Assembly: GCA_002706065.1 (NCBI GenBank)
Contig: PAJM01000030.1
Coordinates: forward strand, 1 to 39,783
Direction of reading: 5' to 3'
Length of the DNA stretch: 39,783 bases
From: Methanobacteriota archaeon
GTDB taxonomy: Archaea > Thermoplasmatota > Poseidoniia > Poseidoniales > Poseidoniaceae
Shown: one piece after another, positions 9,782 through 19,844 of the stretch
How the letters are laid out: each line of letters opens with the position of its first letter
Position numbering within the stretch: the first letter of the stretch is position 1
Program-made: the position numbers and the translations under genes
Notes under the pieces: model-generated
Seen by the model: only the letters and a program-made list of their open reading frames with translations
Database searches by the model: none
What the model was told of the DNA's origin: nothing

Positions 9782-10720
9782 ATGGTTATGATGAATCAAG
9801 GGGCTCTGCTTTCTTGGTATCGACGTGTGGAGCGTCCCCTTCCGTGGCGTTTGAATCCATCTCCATGGTCAATTTTGCTTTCTGAGATCTTGTTGCAACA
9901 GACACAAATGGAACGCGGAATTCGATATCACACTGCACTACTGGAACGCTTTCCTACTGTCCAATCCATGGCCGAATCTTCTGTTGATGAAGTTCTCCAT
10001 CTCTGGCAAGGGGCGGGGTATTACTCACGTGCGCGTCGATTGCACGCATTAGCAGTTGAAGTTGTCCAATCCCATGGAGGCGTACTCCCTGAAGATTACG
10101 ATAGCTTACTCAAACTCCCCGGAATCGGGCCCTACACTGCAGCGGCAGTTGCTTCGATTGCCTTCATGGAACCAGTTGCTTGTGTTGACGGGAACATACG
10201 AAGGGTCATGGCGAGACAAACAAATCAAGAGGAACCCTCGCCAACACAGGTTCAATCCTTTGCGAATGAACAATTGCACGAAAACGCCCCAGGTGATTGG
10301 AATCAAGCCATGATGGAATTAGGGGCTCTCCTCTGCCGGCCACGCAATCCCTCATGTGAGGAATGTCCAGTTCACGATACATGTCTCGGTCGTTCCCGAG
10401 CACGTGAACTTCCGCGACCAAAGAAAATCAAGAAGAAAACAGAACAATACAACTGCATCGTTCGTGTTGATGATCGAGGCCTCCCGGAGTTGCATCAGCG
10501 CCCAGATACGGGATTGTTCGCCGGTTTGTGGGGTCCAGAGATGGGGTCGGATTTGGGGACAGAAGGTTGTGACCACGTCGGAACCATACGACACCTACTG
10601 TCGCATAGAGAACTGATTGTTTCCGTGTGGAAATCGAAGGGTAAGAACGGAATTGATTCTGAAACCGTAGCTCTTTCAACTCTCGATCGAAGGATTCTGG
10701 AATTGGTTGGATTGCTCTAA
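9782..10720 (+). CDS. mutY: A/G-specific adenine DNA glycosylase
   Basis: LPWR, SEILLQQT, WQGAGYYSRARRLH, HhH motif LPGIGPYTA, VDGNIRRV, NQAMMELGA, FeS loop CRPRNPSCEECPVHDTC, short NUDIX-like C-terminus. Confidence 0.95.
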   Translation: MVMMNQGALLSWYRRVERPLPWRLNPSPWSILLSEILLQQTQMERGIRYHTALLERFPTVQSMAESSVDEVLHLWQGAGYYSRARRLHALAVEVVQSHGGVLPEDYDSLLKLPGIGPYTAAAVASIAFMEPVACVDGNIRRVMARQTNQEEPSPTQVQSFANEQLHENAPGDWNQAMMELGALLCRPRNPSCEECPVHDTCLGRSRARELPRPKKIKKKTEQYNCIVRVDDRGLPELHQRPDTGLFAGLWGPEMGSDLGTEGCDHVGTIRHLLSHRELIVSVWKSKGKNGIDSETVALSTLDRRILELVGLL

Positions 10721-11416
10721 GATATCCCATGTAAACGATGCAAGGCATCCTAACAAGGCGAAGAAAAGAATGAATTCAGCAGGAGCAGCAACATCCACCC
10801 ATGGTTGGAGTTGATTCAACGGAATCATGTCGGGTTCAACACCCAGTTCCCTGCTCCGTTGTTCGACACCTTTGCCGATTGAAATTGTCATTACAACAAG
10901 CGATACCAATGCAATTGCTAAGGATGTTAATCGAAGTCTGCGTCCCTTTGGATGTGAATCAGGAAGTGAAAAGTGAGCCAGAAGAGCCCATGTGAACCCT
11001 CCATGGAAAACGATAATCGATGTGTAGACGTGTAATGAGAGATAATCGTACATGTTTGCGAATGCCAATACCGCAAGGTGACTCGAACTTGCTACTCCAA
11101 GAATCGTTGCGAAAAGGAGTGTTTTGGCTTTCGCTCTCCTACGAAACAAAACGTACAATCGAAGCGCCAACAAGCATTGAAACCCTGCAGATACGAATAG
11201 ACCTGTTGTGAACACAATGCCTTCGATACCGGGATAATCTGATTCAGAGATGAAGAACGGAACGTCTCGATAATTCCCCAAGAGCACGTGCAATGTCACC
11301 GCCCCCATCACAGAACAGAGTGGTAAGAGCCACGCTAATTTGACGAGATGTGAATCGCGTAAAACGTAAGAAGAGAGGCGAACTCCTTCAGGATGGCTTA
11401 CCTCGAACCCCGTCAT
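10676..11416 (-). CDS. Six-TM membrane protein resembling the Frag1/DRAM/Sfk1 family
   Basis: About six hydrophobic helices; PFFISESD..P.E..F after TM1, His at the start of TM4 (SLHVY), AAPAEF at TM6. Start chosen at ATG 11416. The 3' end overlaps mutY by 45 nt. Confidence 0.6.
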   Translation of the reverse strand: MTGFEVSHPEGVRLSSYVLRDSHLVKLAWLLPLCSVMGAVTLHVLLGNYRDVPFFISESDYPGIEGIVFTTGLFVSAGFQCLLALRLYVLFRRRAKAKTLLFATILGVASSSHLAVLAFANMYDYLSLHVYTSIIVFHGGFTWALLAHFSLPDSHPKGRRLRLTSLAIALVSLVVMTISIGKGVEQRSRELGVEPDMIPLNQLQPWVDVAAPAEFILFFALLGCLASFTWDILEQSNQFQNPSIES

Positions 11417-11484
11417 CAAGCCATCCTCGCCCCTTTCACGTATCAATCTTCAAGTGAGAGAGGCGACACCGATGGGATGTTCAC

Positions 11485-12972
11485 ATGCCATTACGAGTCC
11501 ACGACACACGCCGGCGCGAGAAGGTTGATTTCACGACCCAATCGCCTGGAAGAGTCTCGATGTACGTCTGTGGAGTAACGGTTTACGACCGTTGTCATCT
11601 TGGCCATGCACGCTGCTACATCGCATTCGACTTGATTCACCGCTGGCTCGAAGCTTCGGGTTATGATGTTGATTATGTGCAAAATTTCACAGACATTGAT
11701 GATAAGATCATCATCCGTTCAATCGAATCAGGTGAAGACTGGAGAGCGATTGTCGATCGCAACATCAACACGTACTATGAAGACATGGATGCGTTGAATA
11801 TCCTTCGTGCCGATCACTACCCGCGATGTACTGAATATGTTGAATCAATGATTCATATCATCGAGGATTTGATTGAGAAAGGACATGCGTACGTTGCCAA
11901 TGATGGTGTGTACTTTCATGTTGATTCAGCACCCGAAAAATACGGGCAGTTGACCGGGCAATCCATCGATGCTGTACGACAAGGTGCAGGTGGCCGAGTT
12001 GATGCAACTGGCGGAGGCAAACGTGACCACAAAGACTTCGCTCTTTGGAAGCAAGCCAAACCTGGTGAGCCAACGTGGCCATCACCTTGGGGTGAAGGTC
12101 GGCCGGGTTGGCACATTGAGTGTACTGCGATGAGCCTCGATCATTTTGGTACGTCCTTTGACATCCATGGTGGAGGACACGACCTCCGTTTCCCACACCA
12201 CGAGGCTGAAATCTTCCAAAGCGAATGCCACACAGGGCATGCGCCATTGGCAGGCTATTGGTTGCACAATGGATTTGTCAATATTGATGGCGAAAAGATG
12301 AGCAAGTCGTTGGGGAACTTCTGGACCATCCGCGACATCATTCAAAAGGTTGACCCATTTGTTCTCCGTTTAGCATTGGTGAATGCGCATTACCGTTCAC
12401 CAATCGATATGAACGAACAACTTCTCAACGATGCGAAACGAAATCATACCCGTATTGTCCAAGTCTACGAAACTGCGCTGCGACTAATCACCGAAGGGCG
12501 TCAACACCAACTGCCGGAACCAGATCTAGCAAGCCATGACCCATTACCAAAGACCCTTGGTCTGCTTGAACGACTTGCCGAAGGTTTTGCTCAAGCTATG
12601 GATGATGACTTCAACAGCCGTGAAGCGGTCGCCAAGGTTCTCGCTGCGACCAAGCAATTGCAACATCTGATGACTTTGGGGTCCGATGAAGGTGATCAAC
12701 GAGCCATTGCAACATACGCCAAGGAATGGCTAGAGGAGACGGCTGGCAACATACTTGGAATCTTACCTTCCCCAGATCTCCTCTTAGCAGAGCCTGTTGA
12801 AGACCCGCGCAAAGCAGAGATTGCAGAGCAGGTGGAAGCACTGCTTGTGAAGCGAAACGATGCTCGTGCCAACAAGGATTGGCCACGTGCTGATGCCATC
12901 CGTGATCAATTGAACGAACTCGGTGTCACAGTAACGGATACTGCAGATGGTCCTGTCTGGGAACTCAATTGA
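11485..12972 (+). CDS. cysS: Cysteine--tRNA ligase
   Basis: [59 protein letters not shown]. Confidence 0.98.
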   Translation: MPLRVHDTRRREKVDFTTQSPGRVSMYVCGVTVYDRCHLGHARCYIAFDLIHRWLEASGYDVDYVQNFTDIDDKIIIRSIESGEDWRAIVDRNINTYYEDMDALNILRADHYPRCTEYVESMIHIIEDLIEKGHAYVANDGVYFHVDSAPEKYGQLTGQSIDAVRQGAGGRVDATGGGKRDHKDFALWKQAKPGEPTWPSPWGEGRPGWHIECTAMSLDHFGTSFDIHGGGHDLRFPHHEAEIFQSECHTGHAPLAGYWLHNGFVNIDGEKMSKSLGNFWTIRDIIQKVDPFVLRLALVNAHYRSPIDMNEQLLNDAKRNHTRIVQVYETALRLITEGRQHQLPEPDLASHDPLPKTLGLLERLAEGFAQAMDDDFNSREAVAKVLAATKQLQHLMTLGSDEGDQRAIATYAKEWLEETAGNILGILPSPDLLLAEPVEDPRKAEIAEQVEALLVKRNDARANKDWPRADAIRDQLNELGVTVTDTADGPVWELN

Positions 12973-15495
12973 TTACTCCTCTTCCGCTGAAGGAGGAGGT
13001 GCAAGCGGAGGCAGTTCCGGAACGAATTGTTTCTGTTCATCCTGCCATTCTTTTTCGATCATCACTGTCTGGTCTGCATCCACTTCTTCATCTTCTTCAG
13101 TGGTGCGTGTAAGCAATCCAATGGCGACAAGAAGTACGATGACGAGGAACACGAGCAAGGATTTGGGTCCAAAGAGACCTGAATCTTCGCTCGAGGCGTC
13201 TTCAACATCCTCTCCGAGAATGCAGTTTGGAGGACACTCTGAGTCCCTGCCAGAATCTCCTGTTGAATCGGTGTTATCGCTCTCATTCATGTCATCGCTT
13301 GGCAACGTATCATCAACGGGAACGGTGGTTGATCCGCCCGTGTTCTCCTGAGGTTCAAGGACGACATTGACACCGGTGCGTTCTCCGTTCTCCATCGGAA
13401 TGGCGTAGTAATCTTCGAGCTGTGTCAAACTGATGTGTGTATTTGCATGCGTTGAACCTGTGATGATTCCGAAGTGTCGCGTGTCACCTGTGGTGAATAT
13501 ATTGTTGAGGACATTGCCCTGCATGGACGAATAACTGTCGGTACTGGATGACCACGTGGATGCAATGTCGTCAGGGTTCAGCTCCATTGCCATTTCCATG
13601 TCAGCAAGAATACTGGCCCATGATTGCGTGCCTTCAGTTATCGAACGGTCCGTGACATCGACTGCCTTGTTGAATCCAGGTCCTTCCACCAGTTCCCAAT
13701 CATCACCTTTGAGTTCTGACATCAAATCAACATCGCCGTACACGGGCTGGCCGTTGACAATCGTAAGCCGGACGTCGGCATCGATCGCTTCAATCAAATT
13801 ACGGTACGGGTCCTGATGGAACGTGTCCATAACGACAAGATCTGCATACAATCCAGCATTGATTGTTCCGACAAAATTGTGCCAGTTGCTCGCAAGAGCA
13901 GGATTTTTGGTGACCATTGTTGCCAATTCATAGTCCGAGAAATAGGAATTGAGATTGTTTGTGTTCCACATGTCAGCAATCTTTAGTTCATGGAGCACAT
14001 TTTTTGATCCGCTTGGACCCCAATCTGGGGCGAGTGAAATCCGCACGCCGGCTTGGTCAGCCGCCACAACATCGGTGGTGTCACCATAGAGGAGGAGATT
14101 TGAGAGTGGCGACCATGCAAGGTCAGCTCCAGCCTGCCCCATTTTCTCAAACTCGGCAGACGTTAACGCAGTACCGTGGACGACGACCAGTTCTCCCACG
14201 AGCAGGTTGTTTTGGACGAGGACATCAAATTCAGCACGACTCACTTCATCGACACCTTCTGAAAGATGGAGGTACCATGCGTTGAGGCTACCGCTTGAAT
14301 TCCCAGATTTGATGTGGTTGCCCTGATATTCGGATTCAAGTGTTGTGACCTTTGTGTGAATTCCGTCACCACCAAAATTGTACAATTCGATGTTTCTCGA
14401 AAGCATGCTGTCCCATGCATCGGTGTTGCTGGATGGTGAACCTTGAACGGATGTCACTCCTCCTGCGACGGCCATTACTTCGGCGTACTTCATTTGTTGA
14501 TCAGCCATATTCCACATCGATGCGGTTTGAACGAAGGTCTTCATCCATGAAATGTCGCGTTTGTAATTAGGATTGTTCTTCCATTGGTTCCTGTTCGAAT
14601 AACCCCCCTCCTCAGATTTGACCGAAGTGTGGACTTCAAAGTCCCACAGTGGGATGTGGTTGTAGTGCATGTGATTGTGCGTGTCGATGAGTCCGGGGTA
14701 AATTGTGCCGTTTGTTTCGACCACGGGAACACCGGTGAGGTCAACGTTTTGTGGGATGTTCTGACCTCCCCATACCGCTGAAATCTTTCCATCACGAATC
14801 AGTACATGTCCATCATTAATGACATCGTTGATGCTGTTCATGGTAACAACTCGGCCCTTGAGAAGCATTGACTCGACGAATCCTCCATCACTGATTCCAA
14901 AGCAACCAATCATGTTCTGAGCACTGCCAAAGGATTCATCCTGAGAATATCCAGGGGTTGGTGGTCGGACTTTCCATACCGTTCCGTTCTCGAGCGGGAT
15001 GTAGGAGTTGCCATACCACGAATCTTGAGCAGGATACGACAATGCATCAATATGCGTTCCCTCAGCGTCGTAGAGGTTCACCGTATCTCCATCGTAATAA
15101 TCCAGTTCAATTCGTGATGCATTGATGAAGACAGAAACATAACCACCAGGTTGAATCACGGTATTTCTGGCAAGCTGGCAAGGAGCACTTCCCCCGTCTG
15201 CAATGTCGTCCAACACCCAATTTGAGATATTGATTGGACTTGCGGTTGGGTTGTGCAATTCAATAAATTGATCTGAGAATTTTCCGTACTCTCCGTCTCC
15301 ATTCCAGTCCGTTGCGTTGTAGCAATTTGAGCAGGTTTCGTTGTTCATCATACCGTTGGGCGATGCCAAGATTTCCGAGATGATGATGGATGTGGGAGAG
15401 GTATTCGTATCAGATGTTTCTTCTGATAGCCCATGTGGAGCAGCCAGTACGCTAAGCAGGAGGAAAGCGGTGATGATTGTAGAGAGTCTGCCCAT
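12973..15495 (-). CDS. Secreted, C-terminally anchored metal-dependent amidohydrolase (deaminase-like) with an N-terminal lamin-tail domain
   Basis: Signal MGRLSTIITAFLLLSVLA. LTD motifs IIISEILASP, FIELHNP..INISNWVLDD. Amidohydrolase motifs PGLIDTHNH, LHLSEG, VHGT, WSPLSN, LAPDW, G..ADLVV. Acidic linker, then TM LLVFLVIVLLVAIGLL. Confidence 0.85.
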   Translation of the reverse strand: MGRLSTIITAFLLLSVLAAPHGLSEETSDTNTSPTSIIISEILASPNGMMNNETCSNCYNATDWNGDGEYGKFSDQFIELHNPTASPINISNWVLDDIADGGSAPCQLARNTVIQPGGYVSVFINASRIELDYYDGDTVNLYDAEGTHIDALSYPAQDSWYGNSYIPLENGTVWKVRPPTPGYSQDESFGSAQNMIGCFGISDGGFVESMLLKGRVVTMNSINDVINDGHVLIRDGKISAVWGGQNIPQNVDLTGVPVVETNGTIYPGLIDTHNHMHYNHIPLWDFEVHTSVKSEEGGYSNRNQWKNNPNYKRDISWMKTFVQTASMWNMADQQMKYAEVMAVAGGVTSVQGSPSSNTDAWDSMLSRNIELYNFGGDGIHTKVTTLESEYQGNHIKSGNSSGSLNAWYLHLSEGVDEVSRAEFDVLVQNNLLVGELVVVHGTALTSAEFEKMGQAGADLAWSPLSNLLLYGDTTDVVAADQAGVRISLAPDWGPSGSKNVLHELKIADMWNTNNLNSYFSDYELATMVTKNPALASNWHNFVGTINAGLYADLVVMDTFHQDPYRNLIEAIDADVRLTIVNGQPVYGDVDLMSELKGDDWELVEGPGFNKAVDVTDRSITEGTQSWASILADMEMAMELNPDDIASTWSSSTDSYSSMQGNVLNNIFTTGDTRHFGIITGSTHANTHISLTQLEDYYAIPMENGERTGVNVVLEPQENTGGSTTVPVDDTLPSDDMNESDNTDSTGDSGRDSECPPNCILGEDVEDASSEDSGLFGPKSLLVFLVIVLLVAIGLLTRTTEEDEEVDADQTVMIEKEWQDEQKQFVPELPPLAPPPSAEEE

Positions 15496-15587
15496 GACCC
15501 TGCCTTGGTCATAGAGCACATCAACCCGTCGATTGAAGACTTTGGTGAAATGCATGAGCACTTATACTGTGACCCCTACGCCAACCT

Positions 15588-15962
15588 ATGGCAACAGTAG
15601 AAATGCAAGGCTCTTCCTTCAATGAGACCATCGAAGGAAACGACTTGGTCATCATTGACTTCTGGGCCGAATGGTGCGGACCATGCCGCGCTTACGGTCC
15701 AGTTTTCGAGCGCGTCTCTGAGGAATTCCCAGACGTCGTGTTCGCAAAAGTAGACACAGAAGTAGAGCAAGCACTTGCTGGTTCGTTTGGAATACGTTCA
15801 ATTCCAACCACCATTGCGTTCAAACAAGGTGTCGGAGTCTTCATGCAACCCGGTGCGCTACCGGAAGATGCACTTCGAGATTTGATTGCGAAACTTCAGC
15901 AATTGGATATGAATGAAGTGCAAGCAGAACTTGAAGCACGTGAATCTGATGAATTAGCATAA
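15588..15962 (+). CDS. trxA: Thioredoxin
   Basis: DFWAEWCGPC active site, GIRSIPT cis-Pro loop. Confidence 0.97.
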   Translation: MATVEMQGSSFNETIEGNDLVIIDFWAEWCGPCRAYGPVFERVSEEFPDVVFAKVDTEVEQALAGSFGIRSIPTTIAFKQGVGVFMQPGALPEDALRDLIAKLQQLDMNEVQAELEARESDELA

Positions 15963-16002
15963 GGCAAAAAGCGTCATATGTCGGATTTGAGACGGGGAAC
16001 CA

Positions 16003-17802
16003 ATGCGAAGCATATCCTTGATGCTGATTTTCCTTCTTCCATCCCTCTTATCGGGATGTTTTGGAGAAGATCTTCAGAACAGCGAGATTGCTCAAGAAGA
16101 CATGATTTACCCTGAGTCTTGGGAACGCAAAGACATAATTTATGATGATACGGACATCTATTCCCGCGTCAAGACCAACGGTTCCTATGAGACAGGAACC
16201 GTCCAATCCGTATACATCCCAGTTCCTAGTATAACGGTTGCAGATGGAGGCGCGGGTGCAGCCGGCGGGGCCGTAGTTCATCTCGGTCTTTGGCTTCCTG
16301 TGATTGAGGGATGCGATTACGCTTCTACCGATGACTTGAATCCCGACTGTCTTGTTCCCGTCATCGCAGAGATTGGGCCTTATTATGACGATGGCGATGT
16401 TGATGCATTAACGCCTGCAAATCGGTTGGGTAAAATGCTCATTGAAAATTATGTACAACACGGTTTCGGTGTAGCACAAGTTTCCGTTTTTGGGACTGGT
16501 GAATCAAACCATTGCATGGATCTTATGGGAACGGATGAGCAGAGAGGAATCGATGCGGCGGTAACCTGGTTGGGGACGCAATCCTGGTCCAATGGAAAGG
16601 TGGGTATCATTGGAAAATCCTACGACGGTTCAACACCTTGGCAAGCAGCCACATTCGGAAACCCACATCTTGCAACGATTGTACCAATGTCTGGATTGAT
16701 TGGAGTCCATGAACTGATGTGGCGCAACGGAAGCATGGAGGCTCGAGGCATGATTATGCACAACGGTGTGTACGGTTCGTTTGGCATTGATGGTGATACT
16801 GAAGATAGTCACACGTTGTGCGAGGGCTATCTCGCAGGTTACGTCAATGGACCAGCTGCTTACCTGAGCGGAGGAATGGTGGACTATGCCGGGAATACAT
16901 ACTGGACGGAACGATCATTCCTTGACCGTGTCATTCAGAACTACAACGGTTCGGTATACTTGATTCAAGGGATGCAGGACTGGAACGTTGACCCGCACAT
17001 GTCCTTCCCAGTGCATCAACAGGTCGCCGATGCTGGAATCGAAATCAAGACACTTGCAGGCCAATGGGCGCATGACTATCCCGATCGCATCGAAGGTCAC
17101 TCGTCTCAAGGAAGTGGTCGAGGAGCTGAAGCATACCCGTACACTTTACGATGGGACTGGGCCGAAGAAATGCTCTACTGGTTCAATTGGTATCTCAAAG
17201 ACGAGGGTCGAGCCCCTTCCTTGGGTGTCGAAATGCAAGACAACCGAGGTGGCTGGCGTTGGGAAGAGACCTACCCACCAATGGATGTTGAAAACCTTGT
17301 CTTAGTAGGAAGCGATCTTTCGCCGACTGGCTCGACCGTATCCACAACCAGTTCCGTGACACTCACGTACGGTCCATTTGAGGACGAAACCCGAATCATA
17401 GGAATGCCAACCTTCCACATCGATGCAACTCCTGGGTTGAACGGGGGTCATCTCTTCATCGAAATGACGGATGATACGGGGATGCATCTTGGTCACGCCG
17501 TTATGGACCTCCGATTCCATGCAGGAGGCAGGGATGGTCAAGAAGTACTGGTACCGTTCTCCACGGTAACTGCAATGATGGAATTCATGCCAATGGACGT
17601 TGTTCTCCAAGGAGGTGAGAGCATCATCCTCACAGTAACACAAACGGGTGAGGACTATGTTCCCTCACCCGCAGTATCAGGCGCAGTTACCATCGATTGG
17701 TCACAAAGCACGCTCACATTGCCATTGATCGACCGAACATGCGATGATTTATTCCAAGCTCCAATGCTCGATTATTCAAGCGATGCCGTGAGGCAGTGTT
17801 GA
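16003..17802 (+). CDS. CocE/NonD / peptidase S15 (X-Pro dipeptidyl-peptidase-like) serine hydrolase, predicted lipoprotein
   Basis: Lipobox-like LLSGC; GTGES; [15 protein letters not shown] nucleophile motif; QGMQDWNV; GQWAH; C-terminal beta domain. Confidence 0.9.
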   Translation: MRSISLMLIFLLPSLLSGCFGEDLQNSEIAQEDMIYPESWERKDIIYDDTDIYSRVKTNGSYETGTVQSVYIPVPSITVADGGAGAAGGAVVHLGLWLPVIEGCDYASTDDLNPDCLVPVIAEIGPYYDDGDVDALTPANRLGKMLIENYVQHGFGVAQVSVFGTGESNHCMDLMGTDEQRGIDAAVTWLGTQSWSNGKVGIIGKSYDGSTPWQAATFGNPHLATIVPMSGLIGVHELMWRNGSMEARGMIMHNGVYGSFGIDGDTEDSHTLCEGYLAGYVNGPAAYLSGGMVDYAGNTYWTERSFLDRVIQNYNGSVYLIQGMQDWNVDPHMSFPVHQQVADAGIEIKTLAGQWAHDYPDRIEGHSSQGSGRGAEAYPYTLRWDWAEEMLYWFNWYLKDEGRAPSLGVEMQDNRGGWRWEETYPPMDVENLVLVGSDLSPTGSTVSTTSSVTLTYGPFEDETRIIGMPTFHIDATPGLNGGHLFIEMTDDTGMHLGHAVMDLRFHAGGRDGQEVLVPFSTVTAMMEFMPMDVVLQGGESIILTVTQTGEDYVPSPAVSGAVTIDWSQSTLTLPLIDRTCDDLFQAPMLDYSSDAVRQC

Positions 17803-19797
17803 TTAAAACAGTGAAAGGATGTCACTGAAGACATTCTTTGCATCGCCTTCAGACCGTTCAACCAAGCGACGGACAATCAATTCCGGGGTTGAACGAGCAA
17901 GACAGTTTCGCTTGGGCGTACGGTCAACAATCAATTCGAGATGCTCATCCAATCCTCTGGCTTCGATACCATCAATACGAAGGTCCGTACCTCCGTATGC
18001 TTCGAGAATTGCAGGGGCAAGATGCGTGACCAACACCATACTTGAATTGGATTGTTGTTGAGCAGCCCGCAACATTCCAGCGATAATTCTCGCTCCCGCT
18101 CCGGGTTCGGTAATTGCTTCAAGTTCATCTGCAAGAATGAGTTTTGGTTGAGCGTTACTGACCACCTGAGCGAGATCGACCAGCGTTGTTTCAAGAGCTC
18201 CTGCGCTTTGTGTTCCACTCGATTTCGCCAACACATGCAATGCTTCAACACGACCAACAAATGCATGTTTTGCAGGTACAGGGAGGCCCATGTGTGCTAA
18301 GATTGTTACATGAGCAACCAATTCGAGTAGAGTCGTTTTTCCCCCACTGTTGGCGCCGGTGAGAAGAGCGATAGGTTGTCTATCACCCTTTGGAGCAGCA
18401 GATCCGAGTCCATAGTTCACCGGTTGGACCTCTCCATCAATGAACAAATGGCGCCCATCCTCAAACCAAATTCCGTGGTGAACCAACTCAGGAATCTGTG
18501 CATCGTAATGCATTGCCCATGACGCAATACTGTACCACATGTCGTGTTCGATCAAGCGTTGTATTGCTGTCTCACACAATGGTTTGAGGTCGGCAAGTTT
18601 CGTCGCTAATCGAAGGAGATGATCGTTGCGGCTGTCATTGATTCTTCGTTCGAGTTCGTCGTTGATTTTATCCAACACGGAGCGATTGAGTTTGACAGGC
18701 CAGGTTGAGGCGTAGAGATCGAACGGTGCTTGCAATCCACTTGGTTCAAGATAGTTTGACAATTCATTTCGTCCTTGTTCAAGAATGTCTGCAATGACGT
18801 CTTCGGTTGCCGATGCTAATTTACGCTGGAAGGTTGCAGCATCAGCCAAAGCCTCGAGCATATCGGAGCCCGTCAAATCGAGAGATGCTGACTCCATGCC
18901 TGCTGAAATTCGTTGGTTTAGATCATCTTCCATTTGTTTTGCCATGTTCCACAAACCGTCTCGTATGCTCTCCATGGTTTCCACGTCACCGGAATCACCC
19001 ATCATTGCAAAGACGGTGACCAGTTGTTCCAATCCATCGGTTTCAGCAAAGATTCCTTCCAACGTTGCATGACTCCTGTTTTCGCTCTCATCTTTCCACT
19101 GCATGAGGTCGAGAATCACTTTGAGTGCTTTCCGATTGTTTGTGAACCAATCGAGCGTAAATTCGGGAACCATAACGTCGGTTCGGCCGGACTCAGGGAG
19201 AACAATCCACCCCGGAGGGACATCATCTGGCCCATGTCTGCCAACCCAAGTGACGGTCTTGAACACGGTGTAGTCTTTCCAAGACTCCTGGGTACTTGGC
19301 GTGAGAATGCGAACATATTGTTCCCATTCAGGATGTTCATTTTGACTTACAATGACCCGCTCATAACGTTGCGTTGGTCGCCGTGTGTAACTCAAATTTT
19401 TGAACAGAGAACGGAGATGACTGAATGCCTCAGGTGCTTCTTGAGCGAACGACATCATCTGTTGACAACGCTCTCTGCGCTCATCGATTTGATGCAACGG
19501 CATCAGCATTTGCATTCTCGAGGAACTTGCTGCATTTGATGCATATCGTTGCATTGAGGTGATCAATTGCGCATGCAACTTTTCTGCCTCTGGAGTTGCC
19601 AGAAAGGACGCCTCAGCTCCGTTGTATTCTCTTGCGAGCGAGAGCGCGCGCTTTACAGATATGCCGTCGACCTCCGCAATCCGAGAGATATCACCAGATT
19701 CCAGAGTTTTGATGAGCTCGTGACGACCACCGAAATGATCGTCAAGCCGTTTCATCAATCTCTCGCCAATACCGGGTAGGTTTGTGAGCACCATCAC
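17803..19797 (-). CDS. Archaeal MutS-family ATPase (MutS2/MutS5-like) with N-terminal helix-hairpin-helix
   Basis: HhH motifs LPGIGERL and VDGISVKRA; Walker A LTGANSGGKTT; AGALE; Walker B LILADELEAITEPGAGA; VTHL. No recognisable mismatch-binding domain I. Confidence 0.9.
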   Translation of the reverse strand: MMVLTNLPGIGERLMKRLDDHFGGRHELIKTLESGDISRIAEVDGISVKRALSLAREYNGAEASFLATPEAEKLHAQLITSMQRYASNAASSSRMQMLMPLHQIDERRERCQQMMSFAQEAPEAFSHLRSLFKNLSYTRRPTQRYERVIVSQNEHPEWEQYVRILTPSTQESWKDYTVFKTVTWVGRHGPDDVPPGWIVLPESGRTDVMVPEFTLDWFTNNRKALKVILDLMQWKDESENRSHATLEGIFAETDGLEQLVTVFAMMGDSGDVETMESIRDGLWNMAKQMEDDLNQRISAGMESASLDLTGSDMLEALADAATFQRKLASATEDVIADILEQGRNELSNYLEPSGLQAPFDLYASTWPVKLNRSVLDKINDELERRINDSRNDHLLRLATKLADLKPLCETAIQRLIEHDMWYSIASWAMHYDAQIPELVHHGIWFEDGRHLFIDGEVQPVNYGLGSAAPKGDRQPIALLTGANSGGKTTLLELVAHVTILAHMGLPVPAKHAFVGRVEALHVLAKSSGTQSAGALETTLVDLAQVVSNAQPKLILADELEAITEPGAGARIIAGMLRAAQQQSNSSMVLVTHLAPAILEAYGGTDLRIDGIEARGLDEHLELIVDRTPKRNCLARSTPELIVRRLVERSEGDAKNVFSDILSLF

Positions 19798-19844
19798 TTT
19801 CCATCGTCTGTCAAAGGCTTTTGAGGATAACCCTCCAAAACGAC

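Noticed and set aside
9782-19797. mutY and the MutS-like gene as a dedicated DNA-repair cluster
   Set aside because: They are 7 kb apart, on opposite strands and separated by unrelated genes; the proximity is probably incidental.
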